DNA of 64,000 bases from the human T2T-CHM13v2.0 reference genome, Homo sapiens: NCBI RefSeq assembly GCF_009914755.1, contig NC_060944.1; one strand, given 5' to 3'. Numbering within the stretch: the stretch's first letter is position 1; every line of letters begins with the position of its first letter. The notes under the pieces are model-generated. The model made no database searches and was not told the origin of the DNA. It was given only the letters and a program-made list of their open reading frames with translations. Below are positions 13,223 through 26,161 of this stretch, one piece after another. The translations under genes were made by a program, and so were the position numbers.

Positions 13223-15079
13223 AGATCATAGTGCATTTCGCCTAAGCCGTGTCACTGCACACAGTGACAAAACACAGTCCTGCCATCCTACTTATTCCTC
13301 ACAAAAGTCCAGTGAGATGGGCAGAGCAGATGCCATTAGCTTCATCAAAATGAAGATATTTAACAAAACTCATAAGACTACAAGTGTCAAAACTTTTACC
13401 GAAAGGCAGGCTTCCTGGCTTTAATTTGACCATCTCCACACCTTTACCAGTGACACGGGTGACCTTCCTGCAGTAAAAGGTGACTCACCTGCTTCCTGTT
13501 GCTCATTACTCAAGTGCCATTTTTCCACTGGGAAGCTCCTGGCCCCACCCTGCATCCACGTGGTCAGGTTGATCTCAGACCCAGGTAGATCTCTGTCACC
13601 TACCGGCAAAAGGGTTTGGAGCATCCACTTCCATATCAAAATGTCAATCTTTAGAAATCTGCCCTGGGCAGAAATCTGACAAATATTTTTTAAGCACTTG
13701 CTATGTTCTAGGGACTGTAACAAGCACAGAGGAACTGGCAGTGAGCCTGCCCTCTGCCTTCGTGGAGCTCATCTTGGTGGTCAGGCAACTTTTTAACATG
13801 CTACGGCCAGGCTGTCTGCTCAGATTAAGAGGACATTGGAGTGACTGTCCTCTGGTCTAGTCACTCCCCTCCCAAATATCCAAATCCCAAAGAGCCAGTT
13901 CTGCAGGCGACATCACTACTTCCCATCTGAGAGTGGGTCCACCGCAGGCCATGTGGGCTGTCAGAGACAGCCCTGTGTACTTCCCTGTGTGCCAGTTATC
14001 CCTGAGTCGTCTTCCAGCACTGCCCCCAGATCTGTCCCTTCTCCCACAGCCACCGAAGGAATAAATCTTGCTTAAAACGCGTACATCCCAGCGCTAAGAC
14101 CCTGGCAGGCGATGCACCCTACCTACTCCCAAGATTTACATCCTGAGTGTGAAAGTCAATAAAAACTAATTAAATGTTTACCTCATTTCCTTGGTAATGA
14201 CCCTTACATGCCACTAATTGTCAAACTGAATCTATATGCAGGCGTTCCCTCTATTGGGGTCAGGGCTAATTTCTGCATACACAAAGAAACATCACCGCGG
14301 TTATTTACACCTGCGGCCGGTATGTTCTGTGCAGATGCTCGTGAGCTCATTTCCATAGTAGGAGGAGTTGGTGCCGAGATTTCAGCGCAATGAGCAGGGA
14401 ATTAGGTATGCAACAACCATGAACAATAATGAGAGCCATGCACCTAATTCCCCGGCATCATCTTAAAAATTTGTTGTATTAAATAATGCTGTAATGTTAT
14501 GTTAAGTAATGCAATGTTAAGTAACATTGACTTCAGCCTCATTAAATAATCTCCTTAACTATCATACTGGAAAACTAGTATCATTAGACAAATGCTATTT
14601 GTCATCAGCCATGATGTAATTGTTGCAGAAGATTCCATGCTAAGGAAAGAATTAATAAACAAAGCACCACAAATAGAGTGCCCTCCTCAAGGAGCACAAA
14701 AAGAAAAGTGAGAGGATCTGAAAGATACCTTAGGAGAGAGAGAACTCATAGCCTCCTCTGTTCCTTAAACCCAGAAACAGCCAGATAGAGCACCAAGGGG
14801 AAGACACCCATAACCCCCCACTTTAGCTCTGTCTCCTTTTGAGCCTGGCTGAAAGGCGAGCTCTGGGACAGGCATCATCTTGATGTGTTGCTGGAACAAG
14901 GAGGCAGCACGCAAACAGGACTCAGTAGGTTCACTTGCCAGCCTTTCTCCCTAATCAAAGGAGACTATGGAAAAACAACATGAGATAGCTTGAGAACTCC
15001 ACCTTTCCCATGTGAAACCCACAATCAGTAAAGGGAAACACAGGGATATGTGCTTGCCTGTTATGACCTTATTCTCAGA

Positions 15080-15595
15080 GGTGATCATCAGAATCATGGG
15101 CATGCAAAGATGTCCACATTCTACTCTCCCAAACCAGTGAATAGATGAGATTCCATGATGAACGGGAATGAAGGCTACTATTCAGCTGACCTTACAGTAG
15201 GGAGATCACAGTGCCCTATCTGGGCAGGTCCAGTGTCATCCCAGGCTCCTTAAATGGGGAAGAGGAAGGCAGGAGGCTCACAGAGAAAGAACTGTGTCCC
15301 TGGGAGCAGAGTCTGAGAGATAGGATGTGGGACTCAGCCCACCATGGCTGGCTGTGAAGATGCAGGAAGGGGTCTCCAACCAAGGAATGCAGGTGGCTTC
15401 TAGCAGCTGGGAAGGGCAGGAAAGCAGACCCTCACTTAGGGCCTCCAGAAAGGAATGCAGCCCTTCGGATGCCTTGATTTCAGCCCAGTGAGACCGTGTC
15501 AGACTCCTGGACTCCAAAATGAGAATAAATACATGTTTTTCAAGCCACTACGTGTGCGGTAATTGGTTAAAGCAGCAGTAGAAAGCGAATGCATC
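15080..15595 (+). mobile_element. MaLR LTR (MLT1D-like)
   Basis: aaagatgtccacattcta ... cagctgacctt ... gccttgatttcagcccagtgagacc ... aataaatacatgtttttcaagccacta. Confidence 0.8.
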
Positions 15596-16113
15596 TGTGA
15601 TTCAGGAAATTCTCGGGCACTGCACAGCTGCGCAGAGTCAACACCACCCAGGTAGGCTCCCACCACCCACAAGCCAGCACTTCTAATGACCTGGCTGTGA
15701 AACTCGGCCGCTTCAACATAAATTTTATCAGCATCGGAGAAGAGAGAGGTTCGGCAGAGAGAAAGGGGTGAGCAGACACGTGGCTGCCCTCCATCAGAGC
15801 TCAGCATAGGGAGGGTGGGGCCAGCTCTCTGCGTGCCGAGTGAGCGGCTCCCCAAGCCGCTCTCCCAGAAGAGCACCTTCTCCTCAGCCAGCCTTTCTTT
15901 TGAGCAATTATTTGCTTGATTTTAGAGCTGAGAAAATGCATCTTTGGATGGTTTAATACATATCCAGGGCCCTATTGAGTAAGAGAGCTCCAGGGCAGGA
16001 TTGGAACCCAGCTGAGTTTTGGCTCCCAAGGCCAAGTACAGGGCTCCATGATTTTAATGCATTTCCGTCAGCTAGAGGTAATAAAAAGATCAGTCTTGTT
16101 TGGGAAATGTCTA

Positions 16114-16191
16114 TTAGGTTGGTGCAAAAGTAATTGCGGTTTTTGCAATGAACTTTAATGGCAAACCACAATTACTTTTGCACCAGCCTAA
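16114..16191. mobile_element. MADE1 (Hsmar1-derived mariner MITE)
   Basis: TTAGGTTGGTGCAAAAGTAATTGCGG ... CAATTACTTTTGCACCAGCCTAA inverted repeats flanked by a TA target-site duplication. Confidence 0.93.
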
Positions 16192-16689
16192 TACTTTCAA
16201 CTTGAGGCTTGCTTCTTGTCTTGTCTCTGCTAAGAGGTCTTACCAAAAGGGATCTTGAAGCTATATCCAAAATCAGTCTCTGGAGACGGATAAACACGAC
16301 AGCCCTCTATGGCTTTGCCAGGCTCATGGTTGCGAGGGCTGAGAGTGATGTAATCCTGAGGGCCTCTTGTTATTAATCCCACCTCTCATGTGTACACAGA
16401 AATGCAGCCCACTGAGTGCCCAGTGGTGTATGGCTATCAGCTCACTGAGAGCCGTTGGCCACGTCTCGTGTGTGTATACACAGGAGTGTACACCAGAACA
16501 AAAAGGCGATAGTAGTATTTACATATGAGAAACTCTGCCTGCATTGGCAACGGCCCATTTTATGCTGAGTAGAAGTCAAAAGGGCATGATGTGGAGGGCA
16601 GCTGTAGATGCGCAACAGAACTTTCCGTGGTGCTGGGAAGGTTCTAGATCTGCGCTTTCCAACACAGGAGCCGCCAGAAACACAAGGCA

Positions 16690-16808
16690 ACAGAGCACTT
16701 CTGTGACTCTTGGGACTGAGGAACTGAATATGTTAATTCCGTTAATTCACTTAATTTAAACTTAAATGCCCACACATGGCTAGTGGCTCTCATAGTTGAC
16801 AGCATAGA
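16690..16808. mobile_element. MER3/MER33-like hAT-Charlie fragment
   Basis: gactgaggaactgaat ... ttaatttaaacttaaat ... cacatggctagtggct terminus. Confidence 0.55.
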
Positions 16809-18274
16809 ATTGAAGAGATGTGTTCGAACTTATAATTGTGTATAAATCTCATTTTCCTCATTTAAAAATGTCCTTCAATCTGGAATATGGTCTGGGTGCT
16901 CTGACACATCTGGAGATATTTGTGGGTGCTAAAGTGAAGCCGAAAAATGTGAGTCCAGAGTTAAAAATAGACACTCCAATGGCTAGTGGGCTTGGAATGG
17001 TCAGCTTTGCAGACAGGCTCATCCCAACCTCCAGGATCTAGAAATATAATCCTTGCGTGAAAAGCCATGCTCACTCATCCATCATCCTGTCATTGCTTCA
17101 AAAGACCTTTAGTCTGGATGTCTTGTATCTATTTCTTTGGTTACTGTACCTGTACCTGTCCATTTGCATTTCACATCATACCTCAACTGGAATCCATGCC
17201 CTGAGGTAGCCCACATTTCATTTGATTGCACTTGTGGAACCAATTCAAGTGTTCATTACAGCTATCAATTAAAAATGTAGTTCATCATAAAAAACATCCT
17301 TGAACTTTTTGGAGTTCAGAGAACCACAGTAGACAGGTGCCTGGTGGAGTGGGGACAGACTCCTGGGCTTTGCTACCCAACTCTCCCTCACCAGGGTAAC
17401 CTGTTCTCATGTCTCACTCTCAGAATCCAGTGGAAGAAGAGCCACAGAACCACTGTCATCCTGGCATGATAAAGACCACTCGAGACACACATTTTTCAAC
17501 TTCACTTTAGCACTCACAAATATCTCCAGATGCGTCAAAGCACCCAGGCCATAATCCAGATTGAATGACATTTTTAAACGAGGAAAACGAGATTTATAGA
17601 TTGACTTGCCAGTTTCCGCGTCTTGTTCCTCATACTAAGCACCGTATATTTGACACGCGTTATTTAGGATGCTGTCTGATTGGGCTTCCCAGGGAAATGA
17701 CAGCCTGTGATTCTCTGCCCCAGCTACAGGATCCCTGAAATTAGCCATCCTTACACCATGGAACTGAAGAGGAGAAGATTGTCTTTTCTCCTTCAGAGCC
17801 CATATTCTATTCCACACACTGGCTATGAAGTTATTTTATTGATCACACGGGATCGGAGGTCCTGTTGAAATGTTATCTCTCAAAGCGAGACCCTGAACGA
17901 GTGGTGTAGGCAGCTCTTAAATATTTGTTCAGCCTGTGGCTGTGCTTTAAGCCGGTTAAAGGGCGCAGGATAAACACAGCAGACCTGGTGCACAGGCTTC
18001 CAGAGATTTCAGGAGACGAACAGGGGCTGCTACGCAGGGAAGGGAGGCTGCACTCTATGAATTATTGGCGTGAATATGTCAATATTTATCACTCCCAAGG
18101 AATGACAAAGAAACCAAAACCAACCAGGGCTTTCCTGAACCACACACAATCACGTGTATACAGGTTCCCAATGAGTGTTCCTTGAGAACCCCGTCTAATC
18201 TATCAGGGCTCTTTGTTTACAATTCAAGAGACCCTGATTCCAATTACATTCAGGGAAAAAAGAATTTCTGTGGA

Positions 18275-18455
18275 ACAGTGGTCTAAACCCTGACTATTCC
18301 TTAGAATCACCTGCAAAACTTTGTTCAAATGCCAGTGCCCAGAGAACACTATGATTTGGTTAAAAAAAAACATTTCTGGGCATTGAGCTTTGAGAATCAG
18401 TATTTTTTAAGCTTCCCAAGGAATTTTAATTTGCAAAGGGGTTGGGCATCACTTA
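18275..18455. mobile_element. MER5-family DNA transposon
   Basis: cagtggtctaaac ... ttagaatcacctg ... ttttttaagcttcccaagg. Confidence 0.6.
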
Positions 18456-18875
18456 CCAGAAGTTCTGGAAAGTTCTGGGTTGGGGGAAGACTGGAGAATC
18501 AGACTTAGGCACAGAAGCCCTCAAAAGCCCCAGGGAGGGTTCCATAGCCAGGGCCCCCCACAGGGATGAATGAGAGTCTGAGGGCAGAGCTCCAAGGGAC
18601 AAGGTGATTGTGCCCAAACAAGGCCAGGCCCTCCGGCTGCCAGGCTGGAGGAAGGAAGCTGCTGCCCTCATCCCTCGGGCCCCTGAATGGGAAGCAGGCG
18701 TCAGAGCTACCTCCCTCTTGCAGCTCTGCACAGCACAGGCAAGATGAGTTCCCCACAGCTAAAGGGAAAAATGGGTGCTTGGACCTCCAAAATGTTCCCT
18801 GCAGCCATTTTGTCTGGATGTCATCAGATGCGTGATGGGATAGAAAAATGCATATTAGTCCAAAGTCTGTGGGCT

Positions 18876-19327
18876 CATCAATCCATGAACGGATAAAAAA
18901 ACTGTGGTATATATATATACATATGCCGTGGAATACTACTCAGCCATAAAAAGGAACAAAATAATGATATTTGCAGCAACCTGGATGGAATTGGAGACTT
19001 TTATTCTAAGTGAAGTAACTCAGGAATGAAATGGCGAACATCATATGTTCTCACTCATAAGTGGGAGCTAAGCTATGAGGACACAAAGGCAGAAGAGAGA
19101 ATGATACATTGGACTTCAGGGTGTCGGAGGAGAGGGAGGGAGGGGGTGAGAGATAAAAGACTACACACTGGGTAGAGTGTACACTGCTCGGGTGATGGAC
19201 GCACCAAAATCTCAGAAATCAGCACTGAAGAACTTATTCATGTAACCAAACACCACCTGCTCCTCTAAAAACTATTGAAATTTTTTTAAAAAGTAAATTT
19301 AATTACCAGTGCTACAATAAAATTTAA
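18876..19327 (+). mobile_element. 5'-truncated L1 3' end (L1PB-like) with TSD
   Basis: gaatactactcagccataaaaagg ... ttctcactcataagtgggagctaa ... aaaactattgaaat; TSD AAAGTCTG(TG/CA)GGCT at 18862-18875 and 19328-19341. Confidence 0.9.
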
Positions 19328-19469
19328 AAAGTCTGCAGGCTAGAAACAAATTGTATAAGGTCTTTGAACCCAAGAATGGATATAGGATATGTTTTTGTTT
19401 TTCAAAGTATTTTTAAAATAACCTCAAAGCCTCCCATGCCATTGTGTTTTCTTATTTATCATTTTAATG

Positions 19470-19790
19470 ATTTTAGAGAATACAATTCTGTAGCACTGGA
19501 TACATCACGATGCTGTATCTATCCAGTTTTGGGACTTTGTCATCATCCCAAAAGGAAACCCTAAACCCAATAAGCAGTCATTCCCCTCCCTCAACCCCCA
19601 GCCCCTGGTAGCCAGTAGCCTGCTTTCTGTCTCTGTGGGTTTGCCTACCCGAGCAGTTCATTGAAATGGAGTCATAAATCTGTGGCCTTTGTGTCTGGCA
19701 TCTCTCACTTAGCATGCTTTCGGGGTGCGTGATGCTGTAGCGGGCATCAGTGCTGCACGTCTCGTTATGGATGAACAGAATGTGCTATGG
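19470..19790 (-). mobile_element. L1MB-like 3' fragment
   Basis: catcccaaaaggaaaccc ... cccagcccctgg ... aatggagtcata ... tcacttagcatg. Confidence 0.7.
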
Positions 19791-21187
19791 CCATACCGGG
19801 AATATACCCCACTCATTGTTTCTTAAGAGGAGCATCTTGCAGAAGCTGTGCACCATGACGCTCATTTTTACAAAGCCGGAGACAGGAAACACAACCAAGC
19901 ACATTTGAGTGACTGTGTCCAGAGGCAGTATGCTCTGTCCTCCTGTCTCCATAGCCCCACCTGTTACTAAAAGTTCCCTTGCGGTCACTGGCGTGACCTG
20001 GGCCATGTGCCCCCAGAACAGGGGTGGCCACAGCGCTACCTGACCTCGTCATGTAGACTGGGTGTGGACAAGGCCTTGTTTCTCACAGGAAACCTCCTGG
20101 TGCCAAGAGAAGGGGCTGTGGACCCGAAGGAGGCACAGATGCGAGATGCCCGAAGTAAATAAATGTGCTCCAGCTCCCGCTGAGGCTCTGAGACAGGTGG
20201 GCCGTCAGGACCTTTGTCTATGACTAGTGGCCTGGCTTGAGATCGGGGTAACCGTGATAATAGTGATTATAACACACACTTGCACGTCGCTCTCCAGTGT
20301 TCTTCAAAGCTGTCCATGAACCCACTCAATCCTCCTTCCCCTAAAGAGTGGGGATGCAAATTCCATTCCCACAGGCAGGGCCATGCTTAGCAAAGGGTTT
20401 CCTTGTAAACAAATGCCCCTCAAGCCAGGTGTTGAGGCTTTTCAAGGGGGCGGTCATGAAACTGATGCGCCCAATCTATCCCTCCTTCCCCCACATCAAC
20501 ATTTCACACAGTTCCTCGTTTCAGCTTCAAAGGCAAACCTTGGGTCTTAGATAAATTGGGGTTTATTTTCCCATCACTGTCTGTCCCCTCTGCCCATCAC
20601 TCAGAGGCGCGTGCTGTTCACCACTCAGAACATGCTTAGGATCCACGCATCAATTTCAGTTTAAAAATCTATCTCGCACATACGCAGAGCAAATTAAATC
20701 AGATCAAGCAGAAATTGCCTTAAAGGGAGTTAATACTCTGACTAAATTCCTGCGTAAGGAGGCCCCACTAACCAGCTCTGCCACATTTAACCTAGTATCT
20801 GGGTCAGATTCCTGAACAAGACAGGGCTCCCTTGGGTATCTTTTTGAGAACTGGCCCTAGGAAATCTCATTCACCTTACAGCTCTGGATTCCAATTTATG
20901 GCAAGGGTTTGCTGCCTACCAGAACAATGGAGTAATAGCAAACGATTTTAAATGGGTGGATGGGTTTAGGATATTGTCTATTCAAAATGTGAAAAATGCA
21001 TACAGTGTTTTGGGAGCGTTTAAAATGGAGGCAACTATTTTCATAGCTAGAAATTGGAAAATACTCAAAAGCCAATGGGAGGATGTAGAGAGGCAAATTG
21101 TGAAAATAAAATGGATATAAAATTGCCACTGGAAATAACAGTTACAAGGCTTGGGCAGAGCCCACATAAAAACCACAAGAGGGGTCC

Positions 21188-21500
21188 CTGTGGCCAGCAG
21201 AATAATGCCTCCCGCCAAAAAAAGTCACACCCTAATGTCCAAAACCTGTGAAATATGGTACCTCACGTGGCAAAAGGAACTTTGCAGATGTGATTAAGGA
21301 ACCTGAGTGAGTGATTACTAAAGATGGAGGAAGGGGCCATGACCCAAGAAATGCAGCGGCCTCTAGAAACTGGATGGATTCTCCCTGGAGCCTTCAGCCC
21401 AGCAAGATCCATTGTAGTCTTCCGACCTCCAGAACCTGGAGTTGGTAACTTCGTATCATTTGCAGTAATTTGTCACAGCTGCAATAGGAAACTTACACAG
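21188..21500 (+). mobile_element. MaLR LTR (MLT1C/D-like, internally deleted)
   Basis: cagaataatgcc ... gcaaaaggaactttgcagatgtgattaagg ... cagctgcaataggaaac. Confidence 0.7.
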
Positions 21501-21924
21501 CTCTGGAGTCCACTGGCCCTGTTCAGATCACCCACATGCACCCCGGCACCGCAAAGCCTCTCCTGCAATGTCAAGGTCATTAGCATACCTACTCCACAGG
21601 ACCATTTTACACATTAAGTGAGATGGTGCCTGGAGAGGCACCTGGCCCATCATGCAATGTGTGTAAGTCATCATTAGAGCCAAAAAAGGAAGTGCTATGC
21701 ACCAGAAGATGCAAAATGTTGAATTTGTAATGATAGCAAGGATATAAATCACGATCGTGTAAATAGCAGGCTTATCACAGAGCTGGATTTTTTGTAGCAG
21801 TTACAGATTTGCAAGTTAGAGCTACTTCACTTGAACGTGGAGCTAATGGTATTAGGATGCTCTTTTTCGTTTTGTTCATTCATCCATCCATTCATACAGC
21901 AAGCATTTGAGAACCCCTGATGCC

Positions 21925-21977
21925 GGGCTCCGGGCTCTGGGCTCTGGGCTCTTGGCTCTGGGCTCTGGGCTCTGGGC
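21925..21977. repeat. (GGGCTCT)n heptamer repeat, ~7 copies
   Basis: Seen directly. Confidence 0.9.
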
Positions 21978-22520
21978 GGGACCCTGGGAAGCCGCATGCC
22001 TCCATGCTCTCGCTGCGTAGAACCAGAGCTCTGCTGATTGAATATACATGAACTATAAAGAGGCCCCAGATGAGGAGATCATTTTGGGCCCTGCAATCTC
22101 AGGTGAGTCCTTTGCAGTCTCTGGACGATGCTGGAAATTGTGGCGTTGTTCTATAATGCAAAAGGGAAAGAGGTTTTATTCCCACAAGTCTGAGCTTTTT
22201 GAGATGGGAACTTTTTATTTTGTTCTTACTTCCCAGAGATAAAACCAAAGCCTTTTTATTTATGCTGCACAAGCTCAATACTTTATTTGCCCTTCACCAT
22301 TTTTTTGCAAGTAAATTTCTTTCTCCCCGCAGTTTTCCCGCAACCGGTTGGTCTGTGATTCTCGCAGTGTCTCTTTTCCCTTGGGAATGTGTTCTTCCTT
22401 CCTCCTTGTTAGCCAGGCCTGGGGAAGGACGGCACGCATCACTGCTGATGCCCCTTCTGAAACCCCCTGCAGGCGCGGCTGCACCTCAAGCCCGGCGGGG
22501 CGAGGACGCTGAGCTGCAGA

Positions 22521-22539
22521 CAGCGCCACCTAGCGTCCG
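22521..22539 (-). promoter_or_regulatory. Candidate CTCF core site in a small CpG-rich patch
   Basis: Minus strand CGGACGCTAGGTGGCGCTG versus consensus TGGCCACCAGGGGGCGCTA; local CpG enrichment at 22430-22580. Confidence 0.6.
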
Positions 22540-22884
22540 AGAGCCACGGCGCACCGGCTGTGCGCATCTCTGGGCGAGACTGGAATGGAAAAAAATAGGT
22601 CTTTGTAAATCACCACCTCATTTTGTTCCTAGAGCTCTGTGTGTATCTGAAAGCTATGTTGGAATTTGCAGGCAGTAGCAAACTATGAATTGAAGAGAAT
22701 TAATAAATGCATGCCTGTCTATTGATATGTTCAACAGAACCCTAAGAAATTACCATTTAGACATCAAAAAATGGATCAACCTAATATTTGTATAGGAGAA
22801 CTAGAGAAACAAAGGATATATATATATATATATATTCCCATTCCAGGGAAATTCTGATAATGTGGGAGGTTTTCGTTGTTGTCG

Positions 22885-23210
<326 letters not shown>

Positions 23211-23879
23211 TAACAGAGTTAAGCAATCTGGCTCCTGAACTTCATAATAAAGCCATTAATTTATTTATTTTTAACATGTTTGTTGTTTTTCATAAATGTC
23301 GGACTCCTACTCCCTGTGGCTGCCTCACCTCTGCTTCTCCTTCACTGGCCAGGTGCAGGCAGGAGGGAGAAGGACACTCCACGCCCCACGTGGCCCATTG
23401 GTTCCCAAGCCATCTGCCGACCTCAATTCTGGACTCTCTGAAGGAAGACCTTGATTGGCTACTCCTGCCCAATGGGGAGCGTGCCTCCAGGTCACATGTC
23501 CATGCTAGGTCAATCAGCTGAGGCCAGGAAGGGCTGTTGCTCACCTGCTTTTCTCCCCTCCCTCCCTGCCACCAGCCCAGCCCAGGTTGCTGCACTCCCC
23601 ATTGCCTTTGCGTGGGTTGCTCTGCGGCCTCTCCTCTCAGTGCTGTCTCCTTCCGGAAGCCTTTCCAGATCCCGCCACGGAATGTGGGATGTCCCCCCAA
23701 CCACACAGTCTCTGCCAGGAATTCTGTCTTCTGTCTTAACGGTGTTTGCCCTGCAAGCCAGGCCCCTCTGGCCTGCTATGTCCCTGTGCTCCGGGTGTCT
23801 AGGCCCACCCACAGTGTTGATAATGAAGATAACTGCTGCAGACAGGGCACTTGTCCTTGTCCCATGCCTGGAGAGCAGC

Positions 23880-24440
23880 ACAGATTTGAACAGACACTTC
23901 CCCAGAGAAGATATACAGATGGCAAATATGCACATGCAAAGGCGTTCAGCGCTGTCAGCCACCAGGGAAATGCAAATTAAAGCCACTGGTGAGACATGTC
24001 ACATGCCTATTAGAATAAATGGGAAATTTAAAAAAAAAACAGCTAAAACAAAACAATAAACTGGCAAAACCAAGTGCCGAGGAGGATTTGGAGCAACCGG
24101 AACTCTCCTGCATTACTGGTGGGAATGCAAAATACAGCAGCCACTATGGAAAACAGTCCAGTCTGGGAGCTTCCTATGAAGTGAAGCCTACAGAGTTGCC
24201 ACATGACCCCACAACCCTACTCTTAGGTGTTTATCTAACAGAAACAAAATATATGTCTATACAATAGACATGTGTTGATAACAGACCTTAGTCCTACTTG
24301 TAATCACCAAATACTGGCAACAATCCAAGTGTCCCTTAGCAAGGAAAACAACAACAACAAACTACTGAAGCATTTAACAACTCTCAGAACTGCACACTAA
24401 AAGGGTAAATTTTACTGACTGTAAGTGATATTTTCATTTT
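23880..24440 (+). mobile_element. L1M ORF2 end / 3' UTR fragments
   Basis: gatttgaacagacacttc..agaagatatacagatggcaaat..; ggaaatgcaaattaaa; ggtgggaatgcaaaat..cagccactatggaaaacag. Confidence 0.8.
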
Positions 24441-25092
24441 TAAAACGCCTTTTAGGGCTTTTTCTGTATCGGCAAATTCCACGATGCCTGTCTGCCCCAA
24501 CTGGTAAAACAGCAGCAAATTTCTAGAATGTTCTTCTTCCTCTCCCAACCCTGCTCCCATTCCCCATGCTGTGAAGGAGTCTCCATGCCTAGGGTTAGGC
24601 TGACCAAATGATGGCTCCCCTGCTTCTGAGCAAGGTGTATCCAAGGTCAAGTCCACAGGCCTGTTTGGAATCTCCACCAGGCCCAGCCTCCACACACTTG
24701 GCACCTGCCGAGCAAAGGGCATGTTGAGTGTCCACTCTGAGCTCAGCACGGCACCGGGGGCCTGGGGCTAGGCTGGCAGGAGGATTCCCTAGACAGAGAA
24801 GGCAAACTGCATCAAAGTTCCAGCAACAGACCTCCTGCCTAGTAAAACCACAACAGTGCACAAATAAACATTGCTATACACTCTTGAGAACTTGCTGCCA
24901 GCCAGGCAGGGGATAAGCACTGTGGGGAGCCCGTCATCCAATGTTCACCACAGCCATTATTGTCCCCATTATGTGGGACAGAAAACTGACACGGGGTTCT
25001 CAGTTACTGCTGGAGGGTGACCTACTGACATTCGGGCCTGGGCCTTGCACTGCCAGAGTGAGTGCGTGAGCCCCCAGGAACACTGACAAACC

Positions 25093-25405
25093 TGCTATGG
25101 ACTTAATGTATACCCCTGAAATTCATGTGCTTACACCCTAACCCCCAGCATGACGGTATTCAGAGATGGGGGCTTGGGAAGGAAATCAAGGTTAGATGAG
25201 GTCATGAGGGTGGCTCTGTGACCTTAAAAGAAGAGAAAAAGAGATATCTGTCCGTGCACACCTATTGAGAAAGGCCATGTGAGGACGCAGCAAGAAGGCT
25301 GCTGTCTGCAAGCCAGGAAGAGAGCCCTCACCTGGAACCATGCTGGCTGGAACCTCAGTCTTGGATTTTTCAGCCTCCAGAACTCTGAGAAATAAGCTTC
25401 TGACT
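25093..25405 (+). mobile_element. MaLR LTR (MLT1A-like)
   Basis: tgctatggacttaatgt ... aaattcatgtg ... aaggccatgtgaggac ... cagcctccagaactctgagaaataa. Confidence 0.8.
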
Positions 25406-25753
25406 TGCATGTATCAAACTCTACTCCTCACCAGCTGCCTGCAAAAGACTTATTATCATTTCTTTTCAAAATGGAGTGAGGCCACCTTACCCTTGCACAC
25501 TTGGCACCTGCCATGTCTCCCTTGGTCCCCGCTCTGGTTCTTAGTCTCACACTGTGGTGGGCTTCATTGAGACACTGAGATTCACTTTCATCCCAAGTGC
25601 CCTGCTGGCTTCTGACATCTCCCTTGCTTACTCCAAAAGCCTTCCAGGTGTGTTCAGAGGACGGTGTGTGGCCCCAAGGCAACTCTTCCACCAAGAAAGG
25701 CTAATCTTCAGGAGATCTCTTCAAGGGAGGCTGGGCCTGGGGGGCAGGCAGCA

Positions 25754-25960
25754 AACCCAAGCTGAACCAGGTTAACAAAGGTTGACCCAGGCCAACTCAA
25801 ACTACTCCATGTCAGCCCAGGCCCAACCCAAGCTAAACCAGGTCAACAGGGGTCAACCCAGACCAACTTAAGCTAAACTAGGTCAACAGAAGTCAACCTA
25901 AGCCAAAGCAGGTCAACACAAGTCAACCCTGGATAACACAGGCCAATCGAGGCCAAACCA
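25754..25960. repeat. Degenerate 10-bp-periodic repeat (CCAGGTCAAC / CCAAGCTAAA units)
   Basis: Recurrent aggtcaac/aagtcaac/aagctaaac at ~10-nt spacing. Confidence 0.7.
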
Positions 25961-26161
25961 TGTCTATCCACCTTGGCTGGGCTTCAGCAGCATTCACCTC
26001 GACTAGGTGAATGGGGTAGCTGCATCTCACAGACCTGAGGAAGCAAGAGGTGCAGCCCAGGGCCTTTGAATGCTCTTGAAATGCATGCTTCTCCCAATTA
26101 AACACTGCCCATTAAAGGGTCTAATGGGGATCAGCGTCCAGGAGTTGCCAAAAAGGCCCTG

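Noticed and set aside
22510-22528. Possible REST/NRSE site (AGACAGCGCC)
   Set aside because: Only an imperfect right half-site; no TTCAGCACC left half. CTCF explains the sequence better.
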